This document shows, one piece after another, positions 1-12,274 of a stretch of DNA of 64,000 bases. This DNA is from Ancylonema sp. (Eukaryota). The notes beneath the pieces were generated by a model. It was not told the DNA's origin, ran no database searches, and saw only the letters and a list, made by a program, of their open reading frames with translations. How positions within the stretch are numbered: the stretch's first letter is position 1; every line of letters begins with the position of its first letter. Position numbers and translations under genes: made by a program. The stretch lies in contig JBFLGF010000146.1 in assembly GCA_050230475.1 (NCBI GenBank), positions 1-64,000 on the forward strand. The letters are read 5' to 3'.

Positions 1-1423
1 TCCCGATCGACGATCTAGCCACGCCAGCACCAATAAACGGCGCTGCCGGGGCTCCAGCGAGATCTGTTGGAGGTCATCGACCTCCACAGATGCATTTGTG
101 TCGATTAAAAGGCTGAAGATACAGTACGGTATCTCTTTCAGTAGGGGTCTACGCCTAGCCCCTTCATCAAGCTACGCATAGCCCCCTAGCTCAATTCCAA
201 GAATTCTGGGCGGGGATATTCCCGGGAAACCGATATTTGTCCTGGAAAAGCCATCGAAGCTGAGTGCGCAGCGGTACAAACGCTCAGCAGGGATACAGAA
301 ATATTGGACAGGGCAGGGTCCCTTAGTCGCGACCAGTTCACTCTCTTTTTTAGACACAGCCATCCTGTTTACTCAGCAGGGTCATGATTGTCTGAAGTGC
401 TTTTGCCGTTAGGCTACATGTGTTCAAGTGCTGAAGTACCAGTACCAGTCTGCAATTTTCCTAAGTCGCCGGTATCCTGCAGTTGTTGCGCTGGATATCT
501 GTGTGCCAAGAGGTTTTGTAGGGACCGTGCAGCATCTTGCCGGTCGCACTAACTCCATGCACGAGCGAAGGAGGATGCGTTCTGGCATTCGACCAGAGGT
601 ATTGGAGGATGAGTCTTGTTACCCCAGAGCGAGATGTGCAGGAGGTGGAGACTGCATGAAGTCTAGGCGGCGTAGGAGGTACGGTTCGGAGAAATTGTAC
701 ATATTTTTGGATACCAGATTTTGAGTCTTTGTGCAGTGAAGTGTACAGCCGTGTCCTCTCCTCTCCTGCTTCTGATGTAATCAAGTCTTCTGACTCTGGA
801 CGTCGTTTGCATTCCCCTGCAGTTTATCTGGCCGTTATGATGCCGAGGTTGGGAGTGAATTGTTTGATATATTTTTGAGTAAGGTGAGTAACACGTGGCC
901 ATGCGTGGCGCTGTTTCAGTTGTGTTTGCCCTTCGCTCCTCGCTATAGAATTTCTATTTTCAGGAAACAGTTGCAGGCCGTTGCCGCTGAGTGAACTTAA
1001 TACGACATCCCTGCAACTGATATTATTCTTCTTCTTCGTCCTCGCAGTCCGGATATGTTGTCGACTCTGCGCGTCTTGGCTACTCTCCCCCCAGCAGGGC
1101 AGGGAATCCCGTCGTCAATGACCAGCAATTTGCACAAGATCGCTGTCCCCGCGACCGGAATTTCTATTGCCGCTCCAACGCTGACCTAGCGACCTGTGCG
1201 CCTGTGAGGACATCGCCGTCCGTCCGCGTCGAGGGATTTTCCCCTCGACCTTAGATTAGCCAGCGTATCATATTTTGGCTTGCGTATCAGGCTACCTTTT
1301 TCCCGCTACAAGTTGCCCAGGTTTTCAGGTGTTTGATAGGGCGCTGGAGGGTGTTGATATTTGTGCTGTGCAGTGCCTTTCGCGTCCTGTTAGATGTCGA
1401 GTATTTGCAGGGCATGTGCCTTG

Positions 1424-2130
1424 TCAGTGGATGCTGTTACAGTTTTGGGTGGGCAACCGCCAGTTTTGAAATTGGAGATGAAGTGGCTGTTGCAGAACGG
1501 TGGGTAGGGGAGAGAATGCTGTAATTGTTTGTAAATAGGGCGGAAGATTTTCGAGAAGGGTCACATATGGGTAGTGCTGCCATGTTCTGTATAGCTGGTA
1601 GGGATGTACATTCATATACAAATCATTATTGCCGAGAAGTAACGAGAAACGAGTCTTGTCAATGTGTCTCAATTTATTTACCATTTGCTTGAGTGCATTG
1701 AGAGTGAGATTCACGACTCGGATGCCAGATTTTCTACATTTCTCATTTGCTTACAAGTAATGACTCGCTGGGAAGATTCGATGTCAGGGGAACATATGAC
1801 ATTAAACATGAAAGAATTTTGTATACAAGCATGTTGAAGTTGGTGGCTCGACGAAGCACGCTTGCAAATTGGAAATAGTGACGAGACCGCGAATGTCGAC
1901 ATTCGGAGCGTTTTCGCCACAGCACGCTAAACAGACGATGTGGAGGGTACACGTTGTGCAACAGTGCTCGCTTGGAATGAACAAGGGGAGGTGGGTAGGT
2001 ACATAATAAAGGTATAGGTATATTACTGAGGCCTAGGTGTATTATTGAGGAGGTGGTGTAGCCCAGCTCTAGGTATCCAATCGTTTCTTCCACAATCATG
2101 CATGGGAGAATTGCATGAAAGAGAATGTAT
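1424..2130 (-). mobile_element. Degenerate non-LTR (LINE) retrotransposon ORF2 C-terminal fragment, copy 1
   Basis: Minus-strand ...IDKTRFSLLLGNNDLYMNVHPY... resembles the RFRLGxHxL region downstream of LINE RT. About 1514-2128 recurs in diverged form at about 6814-7428. Frames are broken. Confidence 0.5.
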
Positions 2131-3351
2131 CCAAGGCGTGATGGTGCAAACTAGATCCAACTGTAGTCGTTTGCGTAGTCACTTGCTCATGTCTGTGCTT
2201 GTTGTACATGATGACTTTCAAAGAAAGTAAACACATAAAACAAGAAAACATCTCCATTCGTGAACAATGGTTTTCGCGACAAATTCGTCAATCTAGGTGC
2301 CGGATGCCGTACCCAAGTTGGGGAAGATAGATCGGCATGTTTCACATTTGTTGAAAAATAAGTACGCCACCCTTCGGATGGCAATTACGGACGCATGTCA
2401 TAAGCTCAATTGCTAGAGTCCCACAAAGCGTGTGTATTGCTATTGTGCCCATGGGCATTCTATCCCGAGCGCTCACATCATTGAGTCATAATAAACGGTT
2501 TCACGCATACACCGGTACGCAGAACAATCACGATGTTTTCAAGCAATAAAAACGAACCTTCTCGCCTTTAGAAACTGAGTGCTTGAGGATAATAAGTTAT
2601 GCTTCACAAATCCAGCGATCGTGCCCTACGTGATTGCGCACTCATCAGATACACATAACACATGGGACGCAAGCACACTATCACGCTTATGGACATGCAT
2701 ATCGCAGTGAGTATAACAAAAGATAGAAATAATGAAATTATATGCACCGAGATGCATGAAAGAAATCTTATGGAAAACTCTGACAATTTTTTTGATGTAC
2801 ATGTGAAACTAAACAGATGTATCATTATGCCAAACATGCACAACATGCTGGTCGAATTTACGCACATTGATGGCGAGGCTATTTAAGTTTAAACCGAACA
2901 CCAACTCCTCCTTCTAATCGACTCATTACTGACAAAAATAAAAATGTGAACAATAATAACAATAAGCTTATACACAATGGGAGACTCAACGTACCCGCCC
3001 TTCCAACATACAGGATGACATTTTACAATGAGAAAAGCCCTCGCCCAATTTTGAAAAATAGCACCGAAATTCACGCCATCTCGTACCACCACCCATCCTC
3101 TATTCTTTTGGGGTCCACTTGGGGCAAGTGCGTCTGTGAGGCAAAGGGACGAAATGGGAGAGGTGTCAACAATTGATACACAAAAACCATAATAGTCCCC
3201 ATGCCAGACATGAAAGGCGGGTGGGTGTCACTTCAATCTCATGCTATTCCACGGCATTTGCACCGGAAGGGCATGCTCGTGCTCATCCATTCGAACCAAA
3301 ACTCGTTTTCCCCATCCCCCGTACCTTCAACAAGTGTCTCTTTAACCTCTC

Positions 3352-4200
3352 CTAGATCTTGTGCCCCAGACTGGCCAGCCATAGGCTGAATTTGGGGAGG
3401 GTATGTGCGTCAAGCGGTCCCCCCACACTCTCACACGGGATCCCTCCCCCATCCGCTCCATCCGCCCCATCCACGCCATCCTCTCCAGCTGAGCATGCAA
3501 GCATCGGAGGCCCCTCCTTAAACCCCCCATTCCTCAGCTCTGTAGATAAGGGTCGCGCCAGATTGCGATCATTGGGATGAGCTCTCTCCAATAGCCCCTC
3601 CACTCTCCCCTCCTCTTCCCTCCCAAACAACAGCCTGAACAGGTGACGGCCGTGGGGATGAGCGAGGCCGCTGAGCCGACCCGGCTTTTGCGCATTGAGA
3701 CCAATCGAGCGGCCTCTCAAGAGGTGCTCCCCCTCCTTCCCTGCCCCGCCCTGCACGTGGGCCAACACCTCACGCCAGCTCAGGCGGTGGGCGGGGCTGG
3801 GGTCCAGAAGTCGACCCAGCTAGTCTACCCCCGCCAGCTGCGTCATGATGAGAGCGCACACCTTGGTGCGAGGAGGGGGGGAGTGCAGATGGAACGCGGT
3901 CTGGCACACCATCCCCAATTCGTGAAGGGCGACCAGGGTGCGGAACACCCCCCTCATCAACCCCATCGACCGAAACCCGCGTCTCATTTGCCTCTCCAGG
4001 CTCCCCCCCTCCGCCACTTTCGCGATGAGGTGGAGTGTGCGCTGGCTGCTCCGGATGCTACATACCACAGCCCCCTGAACGGCCTCCAACCTCTGGGCCT
4101 CTTCGATCCCCGGCGACAACCTGAACTTCCTCTCCTCGCACATCCTCCCCCAGGGCCCCCGCACGGTCTCGTACTCCGACTCGGTCGGGGTTCGATCCAC
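3352..4200 (-). pseudogene. Protein kinase gene fragment, internally deleted, with in-frame stop
   Basis: LHLIAKVAEGGSLE (subdomain V), LMRGVFRTLVALHELGMV (VIa), then VD*LGRLLDPSPAHRLSWREVLAHV (XI; TAG at 3820-3822). HRD, DFG and APE are not visible. Confidence 0.55.
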
Positions 4201-4352
4201 CATCTCTGCCATGCTCCGTCTCGTCAACATCCCAGCAGTGGGCAATGGTGTCCAGCCGACCGGGGTGGGTGAAGGGGTGGGTGAGAGACCGCCCTCCTCC
4301 TGCAAGCAACCACAGCGGAGCATGTTCAGCTGGGCACAAACATGCATTGCAT

Positions 4353-4411
4353 GTGGTTCTGTGGTTCTGTGGTTATGTGGTTCTGTGGTTCTGTGGTTCT
4401 GTGGTTCTGTG
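4353..4411 (+). repeat. (GTGGTTCT)n 8-bp tandem repeat
   Basis: Read directly from the sequence. Confidence 0.9.
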
Positions 4412-4412
4412 G

Positions 4413-4460
4413 GAGATCATGTTTGTACCATGTGGCGATCACATTGTGTGCAATAACTGT
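4413..4460 (+). pseudogene. Possible RING-HC finger fragment
   Basis: EIMFVPCGDHIVCNNC fits FxPCGHxxxCxxC with H>D; the flanking Cys pairs are absent. Confidence 0.3.
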
Positions 4461-5179
4461 CAGCCATTGGGAGGCAGAAACCGCGGCGGAATAGCGACAC
4501 CATCATAGAGCGTATGCTAGGTGTGAGCGGCCTTCCCCGCAGAGGAGTTGCGGATGGACAACAGAAACCCACGTGTACCATTCCCCCAGTCCTCCAGTCC
4601 TTCATTCCTTACCTTCGTTGGTCGATCACATGCAGCGTTGTGATGGTGGTGGCTTTCCGAGATTGTGGCGTCAGAGTGGGAGATGAAGTGAGTTTTTTGG
4701 CTCTCTCCCACGTCGCTTTTGCCTCCTCTCCCTCCTTGCTCCAGATGGGCTTCAGGGGCTGGCATGGGCATCTGCGAGCAAACACGGGTGGGTAGGTTGA
4801 TGGCCTGGATCCTCACACACATATGCACAGTAACGCCACTGGATAGTAGCGTTGTGCGAGGGTATGCGAGTAGGGATACAAACAAGGAGTGACCATGACA
4901 TGCATTGTTGTTACTGTAGGCCAACGTTATCGATTGAAATGTGGTGACTTTCCACCCACCCATCCAGCTCCACCCTCCACCCTCAGTTGCAAGAGTCAGG
5001 GAGACTGTCTCTCGAGACCTATACATCTGGAAGGCTACTCTTCAGTAGGAGGATAAAGGAGGCAGAGGTGGCACCCGAGGATCAGGTGCTTTTTCAGAGG
5101 TCAAAGGCATGGAAAATACACACCCTCTTCTCCATTTACACACGGGAATGGGCCTCCTTACCTCACGTGGGCGCCCATA

Positions 5180-5415
5180 CTCAGCGTCAGAGTCGGAGTG
5201 ACTTGCTGAGGCTATGGCGTCGGAATCGCTGTCCTTCTTTGGAGCAATCTTTGAGTGCCACTCGGTGTTACATGCTCCAGTTTCGGTTTGGACTGATGCT
5301 GGAGACCGGTGAGAGTGGGTAGGTGTATTGCCTGTGCCGTTTGCATAGGAGGCACACTACGCAGTGGTCACTGCCATAAAGGTTCGTGACACATGTATGC
5401 GATGCATACACCAGT
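5180..5415 (-). mobile_element. LINE APE-endonuclease C-terminal fragment, copy 1
   Basis: Homologous to 7503-7873 but lacking about 135 bp; minus strand carries NLYGSDHCVVCL (SDH motif of APE endonucleases). Confidence 0.5.
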
Positions 5416-5497
5416 GTGCGGATGTGCGGATGTGCGGATGTGCGGATGTGCGGATGTGAGGAGGTGAGGATGTGCGGATGTGCGGATGTGCGGATGT
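5416..5497 (+). repeat. (TGTGCGGA)n 8-bp tandem repeat
   Basis: Read directly; a shorter copy lies at 7871-7897. Confidence 0.9.
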
Positions 5498-6811
5498 ACG
5501 GATGGGGTGCTATATGAACAACAATCGTTGATCAGTTGTATGGGATGTTGAACATACGTGTCAGTAATGACATCATCATCCATCACACAAATCACCGATC
5601 ATACGAAGTGTAGCTCGACCCACATATTTCAAACACAAACATGCGTTGAAGGCTTTAGAAGTGCCACCAATATCCAAGGGCTTCATGTGTTATGTCAGAG
5701 GCGCTGCGAGCCTACACAACTTACTACGAATGGACAACCCTTACCTTGACTGTCGATTTCTGGCGAACCATCATTTGCGGCCTGCGGATCATAGTCGAAC
5801 CACTGGTATTTTGACCAGGGAGGCAGACCGCATGCGGCCGAGTGGGACGGCTGCGATCCTCGTACCAGTCCGACCCCCGGCAGCACGAACCACCTGGGCC
5901 GTTTGAAACGGGGAGGTCGTCACGGAAAGAAGGAAAGTGCGCAGTGAAAGCCGCGAAATGCAGAAAAATGTAGTAAGGACAAGATATTGTGCACGGGTAA
6001 ACGAAAGTGTAGGCCGAGAGTGTACAACACGAATTTATCCAGCGGAAAGTAATGAGGGAGTGAGAATCTACAAGCCGTAAAGTGGCGGCTGTGAAGATAC
6101 TTATGCCCTCGGAGACTTTCGATAAACCTATTGTTACCCGATCGTGACATGTTCTTATCGCAGACATCTAAACGATTCAGCTTCAGTCCCGAATGTCAGT
6201 ACAGGTCGTGAGATTCTATCAACTCGGGCAGTATCGGATGGACGCTGATCACTGTAATGGCATCAACTTAATCTGCCCTCTAACGTGATCGGGACCAGGA
6301 TCATGATTCGTAAAATAAAATAGATGATTTACGGGACAACATGTACTACACACGACGACGCGTGAGCAAAATTTGTCGCATTTCCAGACGATCGGCTAAT
6401 TTTCCCAGCAACGGTACAATTTGCAGATTTGTGGTAGTTGTCCAGCTCCACACAGCTGTATAGCTGTGTGGAGCTGGAGGTGGAGCTCAAGTTCGCTGAG
6501 TTTTGGCTTGCACTAGAATGTGGTTTTCCCCTAACGGCGGGCGAGCGATGTCGTGCGGTACCTGACAGCCGACAATCAAGCTGCGTCCTCCGTTTTGTAC
6601 GGCAAGGGGCGTCTCGATCGGCCAGACTTGGCCGATCGCTACATCGCGCGTATACTTATGAGCAAACTTATCACCCTACACTTGGATGGGAATCCCGTCG
6701 TACGGTCATAATAACCATGTATTTTTCCTGTCACCACAATCTATACAATCTATACAGCGGTTGAGTGGTACCCAACTCAACCGAGACTGCACACGTGGCG
6801 ATTACGGAGGA

Positions 6812-7430
6812 GGGAATGCTATAATTGTTTGTAAATAGGGCGGTTGATTTTCGAGAAGGGTCAAATATGGGTAGTGCTGCCATGTTCTGTATAGCTGGTA
6901 GGGATGTACATTCATATACAAATCATTATTGCCGAGAAGTAACGAGAAACGAGTCTTGTCAATGTGTCTCAATTTATTTACCATTTGCTAAAGTGCACTG
7001 AGAGTGAGATTCACGACTCGGATGCCAGATTTTCTACATTTCTCATTTGCTCACAAGTGTTGTCTTGTTGGGAAGACTCGATGTAAGGGGAAATATGACA
7101 TCAAATTAGAAAAGATATTGTGTACTATCATGTTAAAGTGGGTGGCTCGACGAGGCACGCCTGCAAATTGGAAATAGTGACAAGACCGCGAATGTCGACA
7201 TTCGGAGCGTTTTCGCCACATCACACTAAACAAACGATGTGGAGGTACACGTTGTGCAACGATGCTCGCTTGGAATGAACAAGAGGAGGTGGGTAGGTAC
7301 ATTATAGGTACAGGTATAGGTATATCATTGAGGCTTAGGTGTATTATTGAGAAGGAGGTGTAGCCCAGTTCTGGGTACCCAATCGTTTCTTCCACAATCA
7401 TGCATGGGAGAATTTCGTGAAAGAGAATGT
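6812..7430 (-). mobile_element. LINE ORF2 C-terminal fragment, copy 2
   Basis: Diverged direct copy of about 1514-2128. Confidence 0.5.
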
Positions 7431-7502
7431 TACGTAAATGCGCAAATTATATCCAACCGTAGTCGTCTGCGAAATCCATGCTCACTTACCCTGTCGCCCA
7501 GA

Positions 7503-7873
7503 CTCAGCGTCAGAGTCGTAGTGACTTGCTAAGGCTATGGCATCGGAATCGTTGTCCTTCTATGGAGCACTCTTTGAGTGCCACTCAGTGTTGCATGCTC
7601 CAGTTTCGGTTTGGACAGATGCTGGAGATCGATGAGAGTGGGTAGTGGCGGCCTCGCCCAAGCCACTTCTGCCTTCACTCCCTCCACGGTCCTGCGATGA
7701 AATATGCACGAGCATCCTTGGATAATAAGCAAAGGCGCATTTCACCTCCAACAAATACGAACAAAAGAGTATTGGCAGGTGTATTGCCTGTGCCGTTTGC
7801 ATAGGAGGCACACTACGCAGTGGTCACTGCCATAAAGGTTCGTGACACATATATGCGATGCACACACCAGTGT
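7503..7873 (-). mobile_element. LINE APE-endonuclease fragment, copy 2
   Basis: CVTNLYGSDHCVVCLL on the minus strand; homologous to 5180-5415. Confidence 0.5.
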
Positions 7874-8082
7874 GCGGATGTCCGGATGTGCGGATGTACC
7901 GCTCCACACAGCTGTACAGCTGTGTGGAGCGTGTGGACAATTACCACAAATCAGCAAATTGTACCGTTGCTGGGGAAATGAGCCGGTCGTCTGCGAATGC
8001 TACAAATTTTCCTGACGAGCCGTCGTCTATTTTATACGTTCATCTATTTTGTTTTACGAATCATGATCCTGGTCCCGATCAC

Positions 8083-9399
8083 TTCAGGCAAACCGTACTC
8101 GTCTAAGCACTCAAGCTGAACTGTTCCTTTGAAGTGCACGTCGGCCTTTCCGAGGAGCTCTACGAGTCGGACTGGCTCCTCGATTCGTTGAACGTCCCAT
8201 ATCAAGCTAAGATCCGTGCACACGTGTGTACCTGCTCCTGAATCCGCTAGCCATTCAATACACTCTCCAGGTGTATTTAAAGATGTCTCAGGAGGCAACA
8301 CGTGTACCACCATACCTTCCACTGTCTTTCTTGCGTTCTCCATTTTTGTACCCTTTGCAAACGACAGCCTAGGCCTCATAGCTGACGGTGGCAAGGTTGT
8401 TTTCTTCTGATTTTCTTCTGAGGTGTTGTTTCGTCTTCTTCCTCCTCCTTCCCGGCTTTCTTATTTTGCCATCCTGCACGTCGCCTTGCGGTGTGGCCCT
8501 TTTTGTTGCAGATCTCGCAGGATCCATTCTTCTTCCCGCAGTCCTTTTGGAGATGCCCTGGATTCTCGCAACAGTAGCACGAGCAGAACTCAATTCGTTG
8601 CGGTTGCCGAATCTCGAGTTTGGACCGTCTCTTCGACTCACTGCTGCTCGCAAGATCTCTTCCCGCATAGTTGACTTCCTCGTACTCCTTTGTTCCGTTG
8701 GATCCACCTCTCCTCTTGCGAGCGCATCGCACAAAAGATTGCGCTGACGGGTAGCAAGGGCTCCAGATGCATACGAATCCATAAAAGTTAACCATTTCGA
8801 AGACGGGTGAGCGCGAAGCGCACGTGTCTTTTCACATTCTCATCCAAGTAGATTGCCTGAATCAGACATTCATTGACAAGACGGGCGAAATGATGTTTCG
8901 TAGTAATCACTGAATCCCCGTCTTTCATCCGAAAATCCTGGAAGCTAGAGATCTTGCCACGGTTGGCCATTGAAGATAAAATCGCGGCATAATCCTCGGC
9001 CAGTTTCTCCCACTTGTCAGCCACACTTGGCAGCAACATCACGGCCACAACGTCCTTTTGCTGAAGCGCTTGGTAAAGTATCGAGTTTTCTTTCGCCGCT
9101 GCAGATTCATAGTCACCGATCAGCTTTAGATCGTGGTCGCGCATCGCTCTCGTAATGGCCGTGACACCGGCCACTGCGTCACTACCTGGGGCTGCCGGAA
9201 CGGCAGCGACGGCAGCAGTGATTACTCTCAGAGGATCAGGAATGATTTCTGTACGGGTGACATGCCCCCACAAACGTTTTTCCTTGAACACCTGCTCTAT
9301 GACCGTTGACCATACTCTGTAATTCTCCTCGGTCAACACGATGACCCTGGATCGCCCGATCTCGTCCGCTCTAATACCAATTGAAGAGGTAGACTCCAT
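8083..9399 (-). pseudogene. gag: Copia gag, zinc knuckles and protease N-half (frameshifted)
   Basis: ORFs 8788-9405, 8376-8795 and 8044-8394 carry successive gag, CCHC and DSG protease motifs. Confidence 0.85.
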
Positions 9400-9896
9400 T
9401 ATCACTCAAATTGATGGAAAACCTCGGTACACGTCTATCAACTACCGCCCATACAATAGAAGACAGATTCACACTCAGGTCACGCGAGCTCAAGCGGCAG
9501 GCGGAATTGCAAGATTCTGTAATGAAACAATTACCATTCCAAGGTCCAAAATTCCGATTCCAAGGTCCAAAAGTCCGTCCTTAGAGAAAAGCCAAAACAA
9601 CTCAGATCCGCGCCCACGTCTACTTCACCGATACAAGCGAATCTTAAATGCTCATGCAATGCTACGCGTGTCCAAAAGCACCAATCAACAATAGACAACT
9701 GATCGGTACTTATGCATGTGTCTATGCTCATGCCGTCATGCTCGACCAATCAGAATGCACCGAATAACTTACACACGTCTAACACGCGTCCGGACTAACA
9801 ACACATGACCGGACTAGGAACTTAGACGAAAATATGGCTGCCTATCCCGGTTGCGCCCGGCTTAAGTACTCGGCATAAATCTGCCCTATTCTAACA
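9382..9896 (-). repeat. 5' LTR of the gag-protease Copia element
   Basis: TG...CA ends, followed by the PBS; homologous to 11063-11572. Confidence 0.92.
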
Positions 9897-10220
9897 AGCC
9901 GCGAAATGCAGAAAAATGTAGTAAGCACAAGATATCGTGCACGGATAAACGAAAGTGAAGGCCGAGAGTGTACAACACGAATTCATCCAGCGGAAAGTAA
10001 TGAGGGAGTGAGAATCTACAAGCCGTAAAGTGGCGGCTGTGAAGATGCTTATGCCCTCGGAGACTTTCGATAAACCTATTGTTACCCGATCATGACATGT
10101 TCTTATCGCAGACATCTAAACGATTCAGCTTCAGTCCCGAATGTCAGTACAGGTCGTGAGATTCTATCAACTCGGGCAGTATTGGATAGACGCTGATCAC
10201 TGTAATGGCATCAACTTAAC

Positions 10221-11002
10221 AACCCGCTGTATGTACCCGATGCATTTACCAATCTGTTCAGTTTGCAGAAGGTCAGGAAGGCGAATTATACGGTAGTTCA
10301 GAAAACATGGCAAAAGAAGTTCAACGGATCGGGCATCAAGAATGGGAAGGGAGAAATTGTCGGGCACATTGATGAGAACCTGTCAGGAAGGGGGACCTTA
10401 GCATGCAGGACCATCTTGCCTCCCCCCACTCAGTTTGTGATCCATAAAAAAAATCGAAAGAGAGATTGAAGTTGACGTGGAGGAAGAGAAGGCTGAGATG
10501 CCAGTCGCTGTCCCGGTTGGGGAAAAGGTGGAAGTGCCAGCCGAGGGGACTGCAGAAGAAGAGGGGGTGGGAGCCAAATCAAGCCGGAGCCAGAGGTGGG
10601 CTTGCAGCTGGATATGAGTTGGAGGCCCCAACCTTGCCAGCCGAGATACGTGTGGAGGTGGAGCCCCCAGCCGAGATCGCAGAGCTTGGAAACCCAGTCA
10701 AGGGAGCTGGGCCGCAACCAGTCATACCGGCGCTGCCAGCTGTCCCCGTAATGATTGATTTTGACTGGGGAATCGATTCGAGCGAAAGTGAGTTTATTCT
10801 GGTACTCATTCCGGACTGCGATATCTTCTTGTATTTTGGAGGGCCAATCCCGGAGCTGTATTTCGGGCCGGTGGATTGCGAAATGATCGAGCCGGAGATC
10901 GCGGAATTTGATTGGGATTTTCAGAGGATCGGTTTCGGATTGAGTACACCGCCGAGCACGCGGGTGGACGAGCTGATGAGTCAGCAGCACGAAAGTGGCT
11001 AG
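10221..11002 (+). pseudogene. Copia protease C-half followed by an acidic, Pro-rich ORF of unknown function
   Basis: NPLYVPDAFTNLFSLQKV matches the copia LYVPxLxxNLxS motif. ORF 10466-11002 (EVEPPAEIAE...DFDW...LYFGP) follows and ends just before the PPT. Confidence 0.65.
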
Positions 11003-11062
11003 AATTAAATACAGACTTAATGTTTAGTATAGGTAGTATAGGCATAAGTCTGAGAGGGGGAT

Positions 11063-11572
11063 TGTTAGAATAGGGCTATGCCGAGTACTTAAGCCGGGCG
11101 CAACCGAGATAGGCAGCCATATTGTCTAAGCTCCTAGTCCGGTCATGTGTTGTTAGTCCGGACGCGTGTTAGACGTGTGTAAGTTATTCGGTGCATTCTG
11201 ATTGGTCGATACGCATGACGGCATGAATGAAGACACATGCATAAGTACCGATCAGTTGTCTATTGTTGATTGGTGCTTTTGGACACGCATAGCATTGCAT
11301 GAGCATTTAAGATTCGCGTGTATCGGTGAAGTAGATGTGGGCGCGGATCTGAGTTGTTTTGGCTTAGTTTCGTGTTCTAGCGGAACTTCTCTAAGGTCGG
11401 ACTTTTGGACCTTGGAATGGTAATTGTTTCATTACAGAATCTTGCAATTCCGCCTGCCGCTTGAGCTCGCGTGACCTGAGTGTGAATCTGTCTTCTATTG
11501 TATGGGCGGTAGTTGATAGACGTGTACCGAGGTATTCCATCCATTTGAGTGATAATGGAGTCTACCTCTTCA
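11063..11572 (+). repeat. 3' LTR of the gag-protease Copia element
   Basis: Preceded by the PPT; TGTTAG...TTCA; followed by TSD CGGCT. Confidence 0.92.
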
Positions 11573-12274
11573 CGGCTTTCAGTGCGCACTGTCCTTCTTT
11601 CCGCGATGAACTCCCCCTTTCAAACGACCCATGTGGTTCGTGCTGCCGGGGGTCGGACTCGTACGAGGATCGCAACCGTCCTACTCGGCCGCATGCGGTC
11701 TGCCTCCCTGGTCAAAGGACCAGTGGTTCGACTATGATCCGCAGGCCGCAAATGATGGTTCGCCAGAAATCGACAGTCAAGGTATGTATCGGTCTCAGAT
11801 GTATCGGTCTCGAGAGACAGTCTCCCTGACTCTTGCAACTAAGGGTGGAGGTGGAGTTCAAGTTCGCTTTGTTTCGGCTCGCACTAGAATGTGGTTTTCC
11901 CTTGACGGCGGGCGAGTGATGTCGTGCGGTACCTTACAGCTGAGAATCATGCTGCGTCTTCCGCTTCGTATGGCAAGTGGCGTCTCGATCGGCCAGATTT
12001 GGCCGATCGCTACATCGCCCGTACACTTGTCACCGTACACTTGTCACCCTTGTCGTGTTACCTAGCATCGTGTCTCTCGCACACGTGCAATGCCATCGAT
12101 ATAACGAACATCACCTCCACGTGTGTTCTACACGTGCGAGCTATTCGATTTATTGGCTCCTACGCGCATGTGTCCGCTCACACATGGAAATTGCTCTAGA
12201 CCGGATCCGCATTCCTACGCATGCAACAACAATGGCATGCCACTCCCCAACACCATGTGCCACATATTCTTAAC

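Larger units (their letters stand above)
4963..6808. repeat. Modular dispersed repeat family, copy 1, rich in palindromes
   Basis: 4966-5028 = rc of about 11800-11857; 5743-5953 = rc of 11573-11783; 5949-6271 = 9897-10219; 6285-6475 = rc of 7900-8082; 6478-6660 = 11850-12030; 6670-6808 = 18855-18991. Confidence 0.85.
8083..11572. mobile_element. Non-autonomous Ty1/copia element (gag + protease + acidic ORF) whose 5' half is inverted
   Basis: 5' LTR at 9896->9382 (-) and 3' LTR at 11063-11572 (+), both TGTTAG...TTCA. PBS TGGTATTAGAGC (iMet, 1 mismatch) follows the 5' LTR; PPT GAGAGGGGGA at 11052-11061. TSD CGGCT on both sides. Gag LTEENYRVW, zinc knuckle CYCCENPGHLQKDC, protease WLADSGAGTHVC...LYVPDAFTNLFSL. 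No integrase, RT or RNase H seen. Confidence 0.9.

Noticed and set aside
1..1270. Minus-strand ORF fragments including LLIDTNAS (protease-like) and a GTCGAGGG/CCCTCGAC hairpin at about 1227-1249
   Set aside because: One weak motif, stops in all frames; no family can be assigned.
3820..3822. In-frame TAG as stop-codon readthrough or an alternative genetic code
   Set aside because: Intact genes here (VDR, RPL40) end in TAG, and the fragment is otherwise decayed.
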